Positions 49,495 to 60,000 of a DNA stretch of 64,000 nt are shown piece after piece. Below the pieces are notes generated by a model. It searched no databases, was not told where the DNA came from, and saw only the letters and a program-made list of their open reading frames with translations. The position numbers were made by a program, and so were the translations under genes. How positions within the stretch are numbered: the first letter of the stretch is position 1; each line of letters begins with the position of its first letter. Source of the DNA: a candidate division WOR-3 bacterium (lineage in GTDB: Bacteria > Hydrothermota > 32-111); NCBI GenBank assembly GCA_039804105.1, contig JBDRZU010000001.1:1218602-1282601 (forward strand), given 5' to 3'.

Positions 49495-52400
49495 ATGAAA
49501 AGAGTGGTGCTGTTTTTTGTTTTAATTTTTGTTGGAGTGATGATATTTGCAATTGAGAGTGGGAAACTGAATGGAGATTATTTGATGATGAGTGAGAGTG
49601 AAGATGAGGGCACATGGGGAGATATACCGAAGTGGGCAACAGATAGTTTGAATGTTAGGGGAATAGGAAGGGTACCATATTTTGGAGATGCTTATGATGT
49701 ATTTATTGTTGACACATTTGCGTATGTTTGTATGGGGAAAAACCTTGTAATACTCAATATTTCAAACAAAACAAACCCACAACTAATAGGTTATATTGAT
49801 TTGCCTAACACAGCAAATGGTGTCTATGTCTCAGGCAGTTATGCATATGTTGTTGATTATGATTATGGCTTACGAATAATCAACATAAGTAATCCTTCAA
49901 GTCCAACAGAAGTAGGCTATTATGATACACCTGGGTATGCATATGGTGTCTATGTCTCAGGCAGTTATGCATATGTTGCTGATTATGATTATGGCTTACG
50001 AATAATCAACATAAGTAATCCTTCAAGTCCAAAAGAAGTAGGATATTATGATACACCTGGGTATGCATATGGGGTTTATGTCTCAGGCAGTTATGCATAT
50101 GTTGCTGATGGAAGTTCTGGCTTACGAATAATTGACATAAGTAATCCTTCAAGTCCAACAGAAGTGGGCTATTATGATACACCTGGGATTGCATATGATG
50201 TCTATGTATCAGGTAGTTATGCATATGTTGCTGATGGAAGTTCTGGCTTACGAATAATTGACATAAGTAATCCTTCAAATCCAACAGAAGTGGGATATTA
50301 TGATACAGCTGGGGGTGCATATGGGGTTTATGTCTCAGGCAGTTATGCATATGTTGCTGATGAAGATTATGGCTTACGAATAATCAACATAGGAAACCCT
50401 TCAAGTCCAACAGAAGTGGGATATTATAATACACCTGGGGATGCATGGGATGTTTATGTATCAGGCAGTTATGCATATGTTGCTGATGAAGATTATGGCT
50501 TACGAATAATCAACATAAGTAATCCTTCAAGTCCAACACAAGTAGGATATTATGATACACCTGGGTGGGCATTAGGGGTTTATGTATCAGGCAGTTATGC
50601 ATATCTTGCTGATTGGGATTATGGCTTACGAATAATCAACATAAGTAACCCATCTAGTCCAACAGAAGTAGGATATTATAATACACCTGGGTATGCATGG
50701 GATGTTTATGTCTCAGGCAGTTATGCATATGTTGCTGATGAAGATTATGGCTTACGAATAATCAACATAAGTAATCCTTCAAGTCCAACAGAAGTAGGCT
50801 ATTATGATACACCTGGGTGGGCATTAGGGGTTTATGTATCAGGCAGTTATGCATATGTTGCTGATGAAGATTATGGCTTACGAATAATCAACATAAGTAA
50901 TCCTTCAAGTCCAACGAGTGTAGGCTATTATGATACACCAGGGTATGCATATGATGTTTATGTCTCAGGCAGTTATGCATATGTTGCTGATGATTATGAC
51001 TTACGAATAATTGATATAAGTAACCCTTCAAGTCCAACAGAAGTAGGCTATTATGATACACCTGGGTATGCATGTGGGGTCTATGTCTCAGGCAGTTATG
51101 CATATGTTGCTGATTATGATTATGGCTTACGAATAATCAATATAAGTAACCCAACAAGTCCAACAGAAGTAGGCTATTATGATACACCTGGGTATGCATG
51201 TGGGGTCTATGTCTCAGGCAGTTATGCATATGTTGCTGATGAAGATTATGGCTTACGAATAATCAATATAAGTAATCCAACAAATCCAACAGAAGTAGGA
51301 TATTATAATACACCTGGGAGTGCATTAGGGGTTTATGTATCAAACAGTTATATATATCTTGCTGATGGAAATAGTGGTTTTTACATTTTACAAAATTTGT
51401 TATTAGATACAATACCTCCTTCAGCATTTAACTTAATATCTCCAAGTGGTAATATAACAGATAATACCCCGACATATACATGGAATAAGTCGTATGATAC
51501 TAATTTTAAGGAATATAGGTTATATGTTAATGGAAGTTTAAAATCAACTACAACAGATACTACATATACAGAGCCAACACCGATATCAGATGGACAGTAT
51601 ATATGGTATGTAACGGCGGTTGATAGTGCAGGCAATGTAAGACAATCAAGCCAAGTTGATACATTCATACTTGATGTAACAAAACCACCAATACCAATAT
51701 TGGTAAGTCCTGGAAATAACAGCATAAGTTCCACTAACACAATCCATTTTACATGGAGGAGTGTTGTAGACAACTATAGTGGGATAAAGAGGTATGAATT
51801 GATGTATGATGAAGATTCATTGTTTGGAAGTCCAGTGATACAGAGCGTTACAGATACGACATATACAGCAGTGTTATCAGAGGGCAGGTACTATTGGAAA
51901 GTAAGGGCAGTAGATAATTTTGATAATGTAGGGGATTGGAGTTTGAGGTGGAGTTTTGAGTATGATGGGACAGCGCCTGTGGCACCTGTTTTGATAAGTC
52001 CGAAGTGGGGCGTGGAGGTAGAGGATTCGTTAGTGTTATTTGATTGGGGGGTATTGGTAAAGGGGATAACGATAGGTATTAAGGAAAGGGAAGTGGAGAA
52101 GGAGAAGGATGGGCTAAAGGGTACGAAGGTGTATTATGAGATAGAGGTGGATACGAGCAGGAGTTTTGGTAGTGTGCTATATAGAGACACTGTGGATGTA
52201 GATAGTGTAAGAGTGAAGATAGTGAGAGATGATGTATATTATTGGAGAGTGAGGGGTTACGATGAGGCGGGGAATGTTGGTAGTTGGGGGATTGATTCAT
52301 TTGAGTTAGATATAAAGATACCAGTATTGAGTTTGAGCAAAAAGGTATATGAATTTGGAGATTTGGACACAAACAGAGTGTATAATTGGAGAGATTTATA

Positions 52401-53271
52401 TATAAAAAATATTGGAGATGCGACATTAACAGTAGATTCAGTGAAATATAGTGATACTAAATTTTTTGCTGATACAACATACATATATCCTCTTACAATA
52501 AATCCTGGAGATAGTGTTAGATATGGGACAAAGGCATTTTCATTGGATACAGGAGTAGTAGAAGGTAACTTGAGGGTGTATACGAGTATATACAGTGTGA
52601 AAGCGGATACAGTGATATTGAGAGCGCATTTTGGGAAGCCATTGAGGATAGATTCAGCGATAGCATTTGATGGAAGTGTATATGGAGGTGGGATAGATGA
52701 AGATGATTATGTGGTGTTATATTTTAATCAATCTACGAATGGATATAATATAAGTTCATTAAACATAGACGATGTATTGAGATTATCGAATGGACACAAA
52801 TGGACAGATGGAATTGGTATGATTGATACAGCATATTGGGATCCATCGAAAACGACATTAATGGTACAACTAAGTACAACGATAACACCACCGACTATAA
52901 GTGTAGGAGATACAATATATCCTGACTCTATGAGTATAATAGGAACGTTGAACTCATTTAGATGTCATTATCCAATGGTGATAAGAGGGTCATTTGTATC
53001 GGGGTTAGAAGGGAAAGATATACTTGGAGTGAAGGGAGAGGAATACAAGACATATTTAGAGGTAAAACGAAATGAGATAATTTATAGTTTTAAGAATGAG
53101 GAGAATGAATTTGTGATATATGATATTTTAGGGAAGGTTATGTATAAAGAGAGATTTGTGAAGAGAGGATTACACAGATATAGTATAAAGAATATAGCAA
53201 CTGGGATATATTTTGTGAAGATGAGGGATAAAGACAAAGAGATAAACAAGAAGATAGTGATAATGAAGTGA
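49495..53271 (+). CDS. Giant secreted LVIVD-repeat beta-propeller protein with Ig-like modules and T9SS C-terminal sorting domain
   Basis: 1258 aa. Signal peptide, then about 14 LVIVD blades (consensus VYVSGSYAYVADxDYGLRIINISNPSSPTEVGYYDTPG). Three modules of about 90 aa follow (YYWKVRAVDNFDNVG type), then a C-terminal module shared with the 14001-16250 gene, and finally GIYFVKMRDKDKEINKKIVIMK. Confidence 0.85.
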   Translation: MKRVVLFFVLIFVGVMIFAIESGKLNGDYLMMSESEDEGTWGDIPKWATDSLNVRGIGRVPYFGDAYDVFIVDTFAYVCMGKNLVILNISNKTNPQLIGYIDLPNTANGVYVSGSYAYVVDYDYGLRIINISNPSSPTEVGYYDTPGYAYGVYVSGSYAYVADYDYGLRIINISNPSSPKEVGYYDTPGYAYGVYVSGSYAYVADGSSGLRIIDISNPSSPTEVGYYDTPGIAYDVYVSGSYAYVADGSSGLRIIDISNPSNPTEVGYYDTAGGAYGVYVSGSYAYVADEDYGLRIINIGNPSSPTEVGYYNTPGDAWDVYVSGSYAYVADEDYGLRIINISNPSSPTQVGYYDTPGWALGVYVSGSYAYLADWDYGLRIINISNPSSPTEVGYYNTPGYAWDVYVSGSYAYVADEDYGLRIINISNPSSPTEVGYYDTPGWALGVYVSGSYAYVADEDYGLRIINISNPSSPTSVGYYDTPGYAYDVYVSGSYAYVADDYDLRIIDISNPSSPTEVGYYDTPGYACGVYVSGSYAYVADYDYGLRIINISNPTSPTEVGYYDTPGYACGVYVSGSYAYVADEDYGLRIINISNPTNPTEVGYYNTPGSALGVYVSNSYIYLADGNSGFYILQNLLLDTIPPSAFNLISPSGNITDNTPTYTWNKSYDTNFKEYRLYVNGSLKSTTTDTTYTEPTPISDGQYIWYVTAVDSAGNVRQSSQVDTFILDVTKPPIPILVSPGNNSISSTNTIHFTWRSVVDNYSGIKRYELMYDEDSLFGSPVIQSVTDTTYTAVLSEGRYYWKVRAVDNFDNVGDWSLRWSFEYDGTAPVAPVLISPKWGVEVEDSLVLFDWGVLVKGITIGIKEREVEKEKDGLKGTKVYYEIEVDTSRSFGSVLYRDTVDVDSVRVKIVRDDVYYWRVRGYDEAGNVGSWGIDSFELDIKIPVLSLSKKVYEFGDLDTNRVYNWRDLYIKNIGDATLTVDSVKYSDTKFFADTTYIYPLTINPGDSVRYGTKAFSLDTGVVEGNLRVYTSIYSVKADTVILRAHFGKPLRIDSAIAFDGSVYGGGIDEDDYVVLYFNQSTNGYNISSLNIDDVLRLSNGHKWTDGIGMIDTAYWDPSKTTLMVQLSTTITPPTISVGDTIYPDSMSIIGTLNSFRCHYPMVIRGSFVSGLEGKDILGVKGEEYKTYLEVKRNEIIYSFKNEENEFVIYDILGKVMYKERFVKRGLHRYSIKNIATGIYFVKMRDKDKEINKKIVIMK
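49684..51395 (+). repeat. In-frame tandem repeat array, 132-bp period (one 129-bp unit), 13 near-identical units plus 1 degenerate unit
   Basis: Long identical DNA stretches recur every 132 bp, for example GGCAGTTATGCATATGTTGCTGAT and GGCTTACGAATAATCAACATAAGTAATCCTTCAAGTCCAACAGAAGT. Confidence 0.9.
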
Positions 53272-53280
53272 TAACAAGAG

Positions 53281-53307
53281 GGGTGTTAAAAACACCCCTT
53301 TTTTAAG
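53281..53307 (+). terminator. Rho-independent terminator of the LVIVD gene
   Basis: AGGGGTGT-taaaa-ACACCCCT followed by TTTTTT, 10 nt after the stop codon. Confidence 0.85.
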
Positions 53308-53379
53308 ATTTTTCTTTTGTTTCCTAAAAACTAAGACTCCTTTATTGATGAACAGAGTCAAATGTTCACATTCAAAAAA

Positions 53380-53403
53380 GTCAAAAAGTCAAGCACCGTC
53401 CCC
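53380..53403 (+). repeat. Conserved intergenic motif, copy e (forward)
   Basis: GTCAAAAAGTCAAGCACCGTCCCC preceded by an A6 tract. Confidence 0.95.
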
Positions 53404-53417
53404 AAATGAAAAAATGA

Positions 53418-53446
53418 TTGAAAATTTTTTAATTTTTTGGTAAAAT
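53418..53446 (+). promoter_or_regulatory. sigma70-type extended -10 promoter, candidate promoter of the defence operon
   Basis: TTGAAA (53418-53423), 17-nt spacer ending TGG, TAAAAT (53441-53446). Motif copy f would then lie in the 5' leader of about 190 nt. Confidence 0.45.
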
Positions 53447-53577
53447 CAAAAAAATTTTGATGAGGGTTGATGGGGAAAATTTTAAAAAAGTGTAGAAATT
53501 CCTTGTATTTAACAAATATTATTATTGAAATTCTTTTTTACTGTTTTTCAAAAAATTTGTTTCTATTTTTGAAAAAA

Positions 53578-53601
53578 GTCAAAAAGTCAAGCACCGTCCC
53601 C
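53578..53601 (+). repeat. Conserved intergenic motif, copy f (forward)
   Basis: GTCAAAAAGTCAAGCACCGTCCCC, ending 43 nt upstream of the ATG at 53645. Confidence 0.95.
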
Positions 53602-53644
53602 AAATTTAGTAACTTTTAAAATAAAGTGAGTTAGGAGAAGGAGT

Positions 53645-56600
53645 ATGAAAAATTTTATTACAAATAGTGGTGCGGAGAATCTCGAAAAAAGATTATCTGA
53701 ACTTATCATAAGCAGTGAGGAGTTAAAGTTTCTTGTTGGGTTTTTCTATTTTTCGGGATTGAAGGAACTTTATAATTCTCTTGTGAAAAATCAAAATGTA
53801 AATTTAAAAGTTCTTGTAGGACTCAATGTTGATAAGTTGAACGAAGAGATTATTGAATTTGCTGATCTTGAAGATAGGAAGGGATCTTGTTCTGGTGAAG
53901 AAATTTACAGTAAATTTCTGGTATCTTTGAAAAAGTCTATAAATAGTGAAAAGTTTGATAACAAAGAGTTTTATGAGCAGGTGAAATTTTTTATTGAACT
54001 TATAAAAAACGGAAATCTAAAGATCAGAAAAACAACAAAACCTAACCATTCAAAACTTTACATTTTTAAACTCAACAATTTACAGGTCGGAAGAAAAACT
54101 CTGTTTATTACTGGAAGCAGTAATCTGACAGGTTCTGGACTTTTAACACAGGAAGAGTTCAACATCGAAGTTTCTGATTATGGTTTCAAAGAGGCAGAAA
54201 AATACTTTGATGATTTATGGGATAAAGCGATTCCAATAACTGAAAATACTGTTAATAAAAATAGAATGTTAAAAATTCTTGAAAAAGAAACTTTTATAAA
54301 AGAGATAACACCTTTTGAAGCGTATCTTCTGGTTTTAAAATTCTATCTTGATTCATTTGAAATGAAGAATATTGGAAAATCTCTTGTTAGAATTATGGAA
54401 AAAAATAATTATACACCATACAAGTATCAACTTGATGCTATACAACAGGCAATTTCAATAATTGAAAAAAATAATGGTGTGATTCTTGCCGATGTTGTTG
54501 GTCTTGGAAAAAGTGTCATAGCATCTTTAATAGCAAGAGAACTCAACAAAAGGGGAGTTATAATCTGTCCACCTGCTCTTATGGGTGATAGTCGTTTGAA
54601 AAACACTGGCTGGTATATGTATAGGGAACAATTTGAACTATACGATTGGGATGTCTGGTCTATTGGAGATATTGAAAAACTTGAAAAATTTCTAAAAAAT
54701 AAACAGGATATAGAGGTTGTGATAATTGACGAAGCACACAGGTTTCGAAATCAGGATACGAAAGGATATGAGTGTTTAAAAAATATTTGCAGAGGGAGAA
54801 ATGTTATACTTTTAACTGCAACTCCTTTCAACAACAGACCTGAAGACATTTTATCACTTTTAAAACTTTTTGTTATTCCCAAAAAATCATCGATTACACT
54901 TGAAAACAATCTTGTTGAAAGATTCAGAAAATTCAAAAGTGTTTTTGAGGATCTTGCTTTGATAAAGAAAAATTATAAATCAACAGATAATAAAAAAAGA
55001 AAGAAAGCACTTGATACCTATAAATCACTTTTCGGGAAAGAGTTTTCAGGTGAAGAATCATTAAAAGATGTTAAAAAGCGTGCTCAATACCTTTCAAAAC
55101 AGATTAGAGATGTTATTGAACCAGTTGTGATAAGAAGGAATAGGTTGGATTTACAAAATAATCCATTATATAAAGATGAGATAAAACACCTTTCAAAAGT
55201 TGCTGATCCACAGGAATGGTTTTATGAGTTAACAAAAGAACAATCTGAATTTTACGATTCAATAGTTGAACATTATTTTGCTGATCCTGATGATGGTGGA
55301 GAGTTTAAAGGAGCGATATATAGACCTTTTGAATACGAAAAGGGAAAAGCAACAATAAAAGAACTCGAAAAGTTGTCTGATAAAGAAAATTTTGAATATA
55401 ACCAGCAAAAGAACCTGTGTGATTTTATGAGAAGATTGCTTGTTAAAAGGTTTGAAAGTTCGTTTGGTTCATTTGAACAGAGTTTGAAAAATTTTAAAGA
55501 GACAACCGAGACAGTTAAAAGTTTTATTGATAAAACTGGAAAATATATTCTTGATAGGGATTTGCTTGAACGGATTTATGAGATGGATATAGAAGATATA
55601 GAGGAGAGATTGAAAGAGTATGCTGAAACTATGAAAAGAAAGAATTATCCAAAATATTATAAGGTCTATGATATTAACAAGTTTCAAGATAAAGAAAAAT
55701 TTCTTGCAGATATAGATAACGATTTAAAAATCTTTGATGAGATACTTTCAAAACTGAAAAAGTTGAAACTTACAGAAAACTTTGATCCCAAAACGAAATG
55801 CCTCATCGAAAATTTAAAAAAACAGTTAAAAAAAGATGAAAAAAGAAAAATTGTAATTTTCTCAGAATATGTTGATACAGTAAAATATTTGCAACCAGCA
55901 CTTGAAAAAGTTTTTAAAGGAAGAGTTCTTTCTGTTCCGGGATTGTTGAATCAGACAAAGGAACATGAAATTTACGCAAACTTTGATGCATCGTTTGAAA
56001 AACAGAAAGATGATTATGATATTTTGTTAACATCTGATAAACTTTCTGAGGGGTTTAATCTCAATAGAGCAGGAATGATTATCAACTATGATATACCATG
56101 GAATCCTGTGAGAGTTATTCAAAGGGTTGGAAGAATCAATCGTATAAGTAAAAAAGTGTTTGATGAACTTTATATCGTGAACTTCTTTCCAACAGAAACT
56201 GGAGCAGACATTGTTAAATCAAGAGAGATCGCATCACATAAAATGTTTTTGATACACAACACCCTTGGAGAGGACTCAAAGATTTTTGATATTGATGAAA
56301 CACCTCAACCGTCAAAACTTTATGATAAGATAAATCAGAATCCTGAAAATATTGAACACGAAAGTTTTTATACAAAAGTTTTAAAAGAATTTTCTGAAAT
56401 CAAAAACAAATATCCTGAACTTCTTGAATCATTAAAAGATTTTCCAACAAGAGTCAAAGTTGCGAAAAAAGCGAAAGAGGATGAATTGATAGTTGTGATA
56501 AAAAAGGGAAGATTGTTTATAAATTCAATCAAAGATTTTGAAAATCCTGAACAGATGACTTTTGAAGAGGCATTTGAAAAGATCAAGTGTTCTCCAAATG

Positions 56601-57001
56601 AAAAATCGATTGAACTCAGTGAAAAATTTTGGGAAAAATACGATAAGATAAAAAATTTTAAAGAAACAGAAAAACCACTGCCAGAAAAAAGCAATGAACA
56701 GCAAGCGATAAATGTGTTAAAAAAACTAAAATCAAATCAAAATGACAAAATACTTGAATATCATAGTTTTATAAAAATGTTGCTTGAAGATATTGTTGAC
56801 TATGGAACATTATCATCTTACACCTTACGCAGAATAGCGAACCTTGAAACTGATGAGTCAAAAATCGAAAAGACGATAGAAGAATTGAAAAAACTCAAAG
56901 ATGAACTTGGAGAAAATTATCTTGAATATGAAAAGAAAAAGTATATTGAAGAGAGTAAAGAAATAATTGTTGCGATAGAAAATAGAAAAATAACAACCTA
57001 A
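53645..57001 (+). CDS. PLD-family (HKD) nuclease domain fused to an SNF2-family helicase/translocase
   Basis: 1118 aa. The N-terminal PLD motif is NHSKLYIF...ITGSSNLT. SNF2 motifs: I ADVVGLGKSVIA, II VIIDEAHRFRN, III LLTATPFNN, VI QRVGRINRIS. RBS AGGAGAAGGAG. Confidence 0.85.
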   Translation: MKNFITNSGAENLEKRLSELIISSEELKFLVGFFYFSGLKELYNSLVKNQNVNLKVLVGLNVDKLNEEIIEFADLEDRKGSCSGEEIYSKFLVSLKKSINSEKFDNKEFYEQVKFFIELIKNGNLKIRKTTKPNHSKLYIFKLNNLQVGRKTLFITGSSNLTGSGLLTQEEFNIEVSDYGFKEAEKYFDDLWDKAIPITENTVNKNRMLKILEKETFIKEITPFEAYLLVLKFYLDSFEMKNIGKSLVRIMEKNNYTPYKYQLDAIQQAISIIEKNNGVILADVVGLGKSVIASLIARELNKRGVIICPPALMGDSRLKNTGWYMYREQFELYDWDVWSIGDIEKLEKFLKNKQDIEVVIIDEAHRFRNQDTKGYECLKNICRGRNVILLTATPFNNRPEDILSLLKLFVIPKKSSITLENNLVERFRKFKSVFEDLALIKKNYKSTDNKKRKKALDTYKSLFGKEFSGEESLKDVKKRAQYLSKQIRDVIEPVVIRRNRLDLQNNPLYKDEIKHLSKVADPQEWFYELTKEQSEFYDSIVEHYFADPDDGGEFKGAIYRPFEYEKGKATIKELEKLSDKENFEYNQQKNLCDFMRRLLVKRFESSFGSFEQSLKNFKETTETVKSFIDKTGKYILDRDLLERIYEMDIEDIEERLKEYAETMKRKNYPKYYKVYDINKFQDKEKFLADIDNDLKIFDEILSKLKKLKLTENFDPKTKCLIENLKKQLKKDEKRKIVIFSEYVDTVKYLQPALEKVFKGRVLSVPGLLNQTKEHEIYANFDASFEKQKDDYDILLTSDKLSEGFNLNRAGMIINYDIPWNPVRVIQRVGRINRISKKVFDELYIVNFFPTETGADIVKSREIASHKMFLIHNTLGEDSKIFDIDETPQPSKLYDKINQNPENIEHESFYTKVLKEFSEIKNKYPELLESLKDFPTRVKVAKKAKEDELIVVIKKGRLFINSIKDFENPEQMTFEEAFEKIKCSPNEKSIELSEKFWEKYDKIKNFKETEKPLPEKSNEQQAINVLKKLKSNQNDKILEYHSFIKMLLEDIVDYGTLSSYTLRRIANLETDESKIEKTIEELKKLKDELGENYLEYEKKKYIEESKEIIVAIENRKITT

Positions 57002-57095
57002 AAATGAAAAGTGTGATTTATTAAACTTTGAGGTGTTAATTTTTACACTTCAAAAAATTTTGATGGGAAGGTAAAAAATTAAAAAAGGAATATAA

Positions 57096-60000
57096 ATGGG
57101 AGAAAAAGAAATTTTAAAAAAGATAATAGAAGATTTTGACCTTGAAAAGTTTGAAACATTTTTTCGCAGAAAAAATGATAGATTAAGATTTGATAGAGAA
57201 ACTTTAAGCAATTATGGTAATCAAAATTTTACTGATGGATTGAAATTTGCTGAAGGTGAACTTGATGATGGAGAGTTTATCGTTTGTGCCTATAAAATCC
57301 AAAAGAACCTATCAGAAAGAAGTAGTAAAAAAGAGCAGTATGAAATCGGTAAAAAGATATTAAAAAATTATCAGAAGGATGCTGGAATATTCATTTTTTA
57401 TGATAAAGAAAAAAATTTCAGATTCAGTTTAATCTATCCGATTTATTATGGAAGAAAAAGAGATTGGAGTAATTTTAAGAGATTCACTTATTTTGTAAGT
57501 AAACAGGAAACAAACAAAACATTTTTAACACAAATAGGTGAAGGTGATTTTTCAAGTATTGAAAAGATTAAATATGCGTTTTCAGTTGAAAAAGTTACAA
57601 AAGAATTTTATCAGGAAATTGCTTATTGGTATTTCTGGGCTTTGAAAGAATCAAAGTTTCCCGAAGATGCTGAAATTGAAAAAAATGGAAGAAACATAGC
57701 GCTTATCCGTCTTATTACACGATTGATTTTTATCTGGTTTATGAGACAGAAGGGAATAATCAAAAGGGAACTTTTTGATAAAAAGTTTTTAGAAACAATT
57801 TTAAAAGATTTCTCTCCAGAAGAAAGCACATTTTATCCTGCAATCCTTCAAAATCTCTTTTTTGCAACATTGAACACTCCAGTTGAGGATCGAAAATTCC
57901 GCAGAGAGGAAAGACATAAAGGATATTTGAATAAGGATTATATGAACCATTCTTATTATAGACATCATTCGCTTTTTAAAGATTCAGACAAAATGATAGA
58001 ACTTTTTAATGATATTCCATTTTTAAATGGAGGACTTTTTGAATGTCTTGATAAAAGAAAGGATGATGAATCAAACGATACAGGAAAAGAGATAAGAATA
58101 GATGGATTTTCAGATAATCCCAAAAAACAGCCCATTGTTCCAAACTTTTTATTCTTCTCAGATGAAAAAGAGGTTGATTTGAATAAGGACTTTGGAACAA
58201 AAGATAAAAGATACAAAGTAAGAGGAATAATCAATATTTTAAATTCCTACAATTTTACTATAGATGAGAATACTCCAATTGATGAGGAAGTCGCACTTGA
58301 CCCTGAACTTTTAGGTAGAGTGTTTGAAAATCTACTTGCAAGTTATAACCCTGAAACTTCAACAACAGCAAGAAAAGCAACAGGAAGTTATTACACTCCT
58401 CGTGAAATTGTTGATTTTATGGTGAAAGAGTCGTTGAAAGAGTATTTTAAAACAAAGATTGAAAATATTGATGAGGAAAAACTTGAAAAAGTTTTTCAAT
58501 ACGATGATTCTGAAAATCCTTTTGATGAGAAAACAACCAAAGAACTTATAAATGCAATAAATAACCTAAAACTTCTTGATCCTGCTGTTGGATCAGGAGC
58601 ATTTCCGATGGGTGCTTTACACCAACTTGTGAATATTTTACATAAGTTGGATCCCCATAATAAAAGATGGAAAGAGGAACAAATAAAAGCGGTTGATTAT
58701 ATAACAGATCCAAAAATAAAGCAGGAAATGATTAATAAAATTGAAGAAAATTTTTCTCTGAACGAACTTGATTATGGAAGGAAACTTTATCTCATACAGA
58801 ATTGTATTTATGGAGTTGATATACAGCCGATTGCAATACAGATAGCAAAGTTAAGATGCTTTATCTCACTTCTTGTTGATGAGAATGTTGACAAAAACAA
58901 AAAAAATTTTGGTATAGAGCCACTTCCTAACCTTGAAACAAAGTTTGTGGTAACAGATAGTTTAAAAAAATTAAAAGTGGAAACAGTTCTTAGATCAAAC
59001 GATATAGTGCAAACAGAAATAGATCTTACAGAGATAAGGAACCGATATTTTATTTCATCAGATATAAGAGAAAAAAATAAACTCAAAAAGAAGGATAGTG
59101 AATTAAGGAAAAAACTTGCAGAAAATTTTTTGAAATTTGGTAATTTATCGAAAACTGATTCAGAAAAAATTGCCTCATGGAATCCATACAATACAGATAA
59201 ACCTGCAGACTGGTTTGATCCTGAATTTATGTTTGGAATAAGAGATGGTTTTGATATTGTTATTGGAAATCCTCCTTACATTCAATTACAAAAGGATAGT
59301 GGAAAACTTGCTGAAGAATATCAAAGTTATAAATATGAAACTTTTGCACGGACTGGAGATATTTATACTTTGTTTTATGAAAGAGGAATTGATTTACTAC
59401 AAGACAATGGATTGCTCTGTTATATAACTTCAAACAAATGGATGAGATCTGGCTATGGAGAAAAATTGAGATGCTATTTCACTCAGTATAATCCACTTCT
59501 TCTTATTGATTTGGGACCAGGAGTTTTTGAACATGCGACTGTTGATACAAACATTTTACTTTTACAGAAAAAAGAAAGCAAAAGGTATGATTATAAATTG
59601 AAGGGACTAATACTTCAAAAAACTGATAAACTATCGATAGAACAACAAATTAAAGAAAACAGCACAAAGATTAAAAAACTAACAAAAGAAGCGTGGTTTA
59701 TTGGATCAAGTGCAGAGCAAAAGTTAAAAGAAAAAATTGAACATATTGGAAAACCTTTAAAATTATGGGATGTGAAAATTTATTATGGCATCAAGACAGG
59801 GCTCAATGAAGCGTTTATTATTACAACTGAAAAGAGAGAAGAGATCCTTGCAAATTGTAAAGATAAAGAAGAAAGAAAACGAACCGAAGCGATAATAAAA
59901 CCGATTCTCCGTGGTAGAGACATCAGTCGCTACTACTACGAATGGGCAGGATTGTGGGTGATAGGAACTTTTCCTGCTTTGAATTTGAATATAGAAGAAT

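Noticed and set aside
49684-51395. The regular repeat array considered as a CRISPR or non-coding satellite.
   Set aside because: The period is 132 bp with no unique spacers. It stays in frame within a long ORF and encodes recognisable LVIVD blades.
50006-52484. Reverse-strand ORFs inside the LVIVD gene: 50006-50350, 50888-51103, 51381-51773, 52079-52426 and 52257-52484.
   Set aside because: Same shadow effect. The repetitive products simply mirror the 132-bp repeats.
57002-57095. Hairpin TTGAGGTGT...ACACTTCAA between the helicase and methyltransferase genes, considered as a terminator that would split the operon.
   Set aside because: The stem contains a G-U pair and is followed by A6 before the T-run, so it is weak. 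I treat the genes as probably co-transcribed, but this is unresolved.
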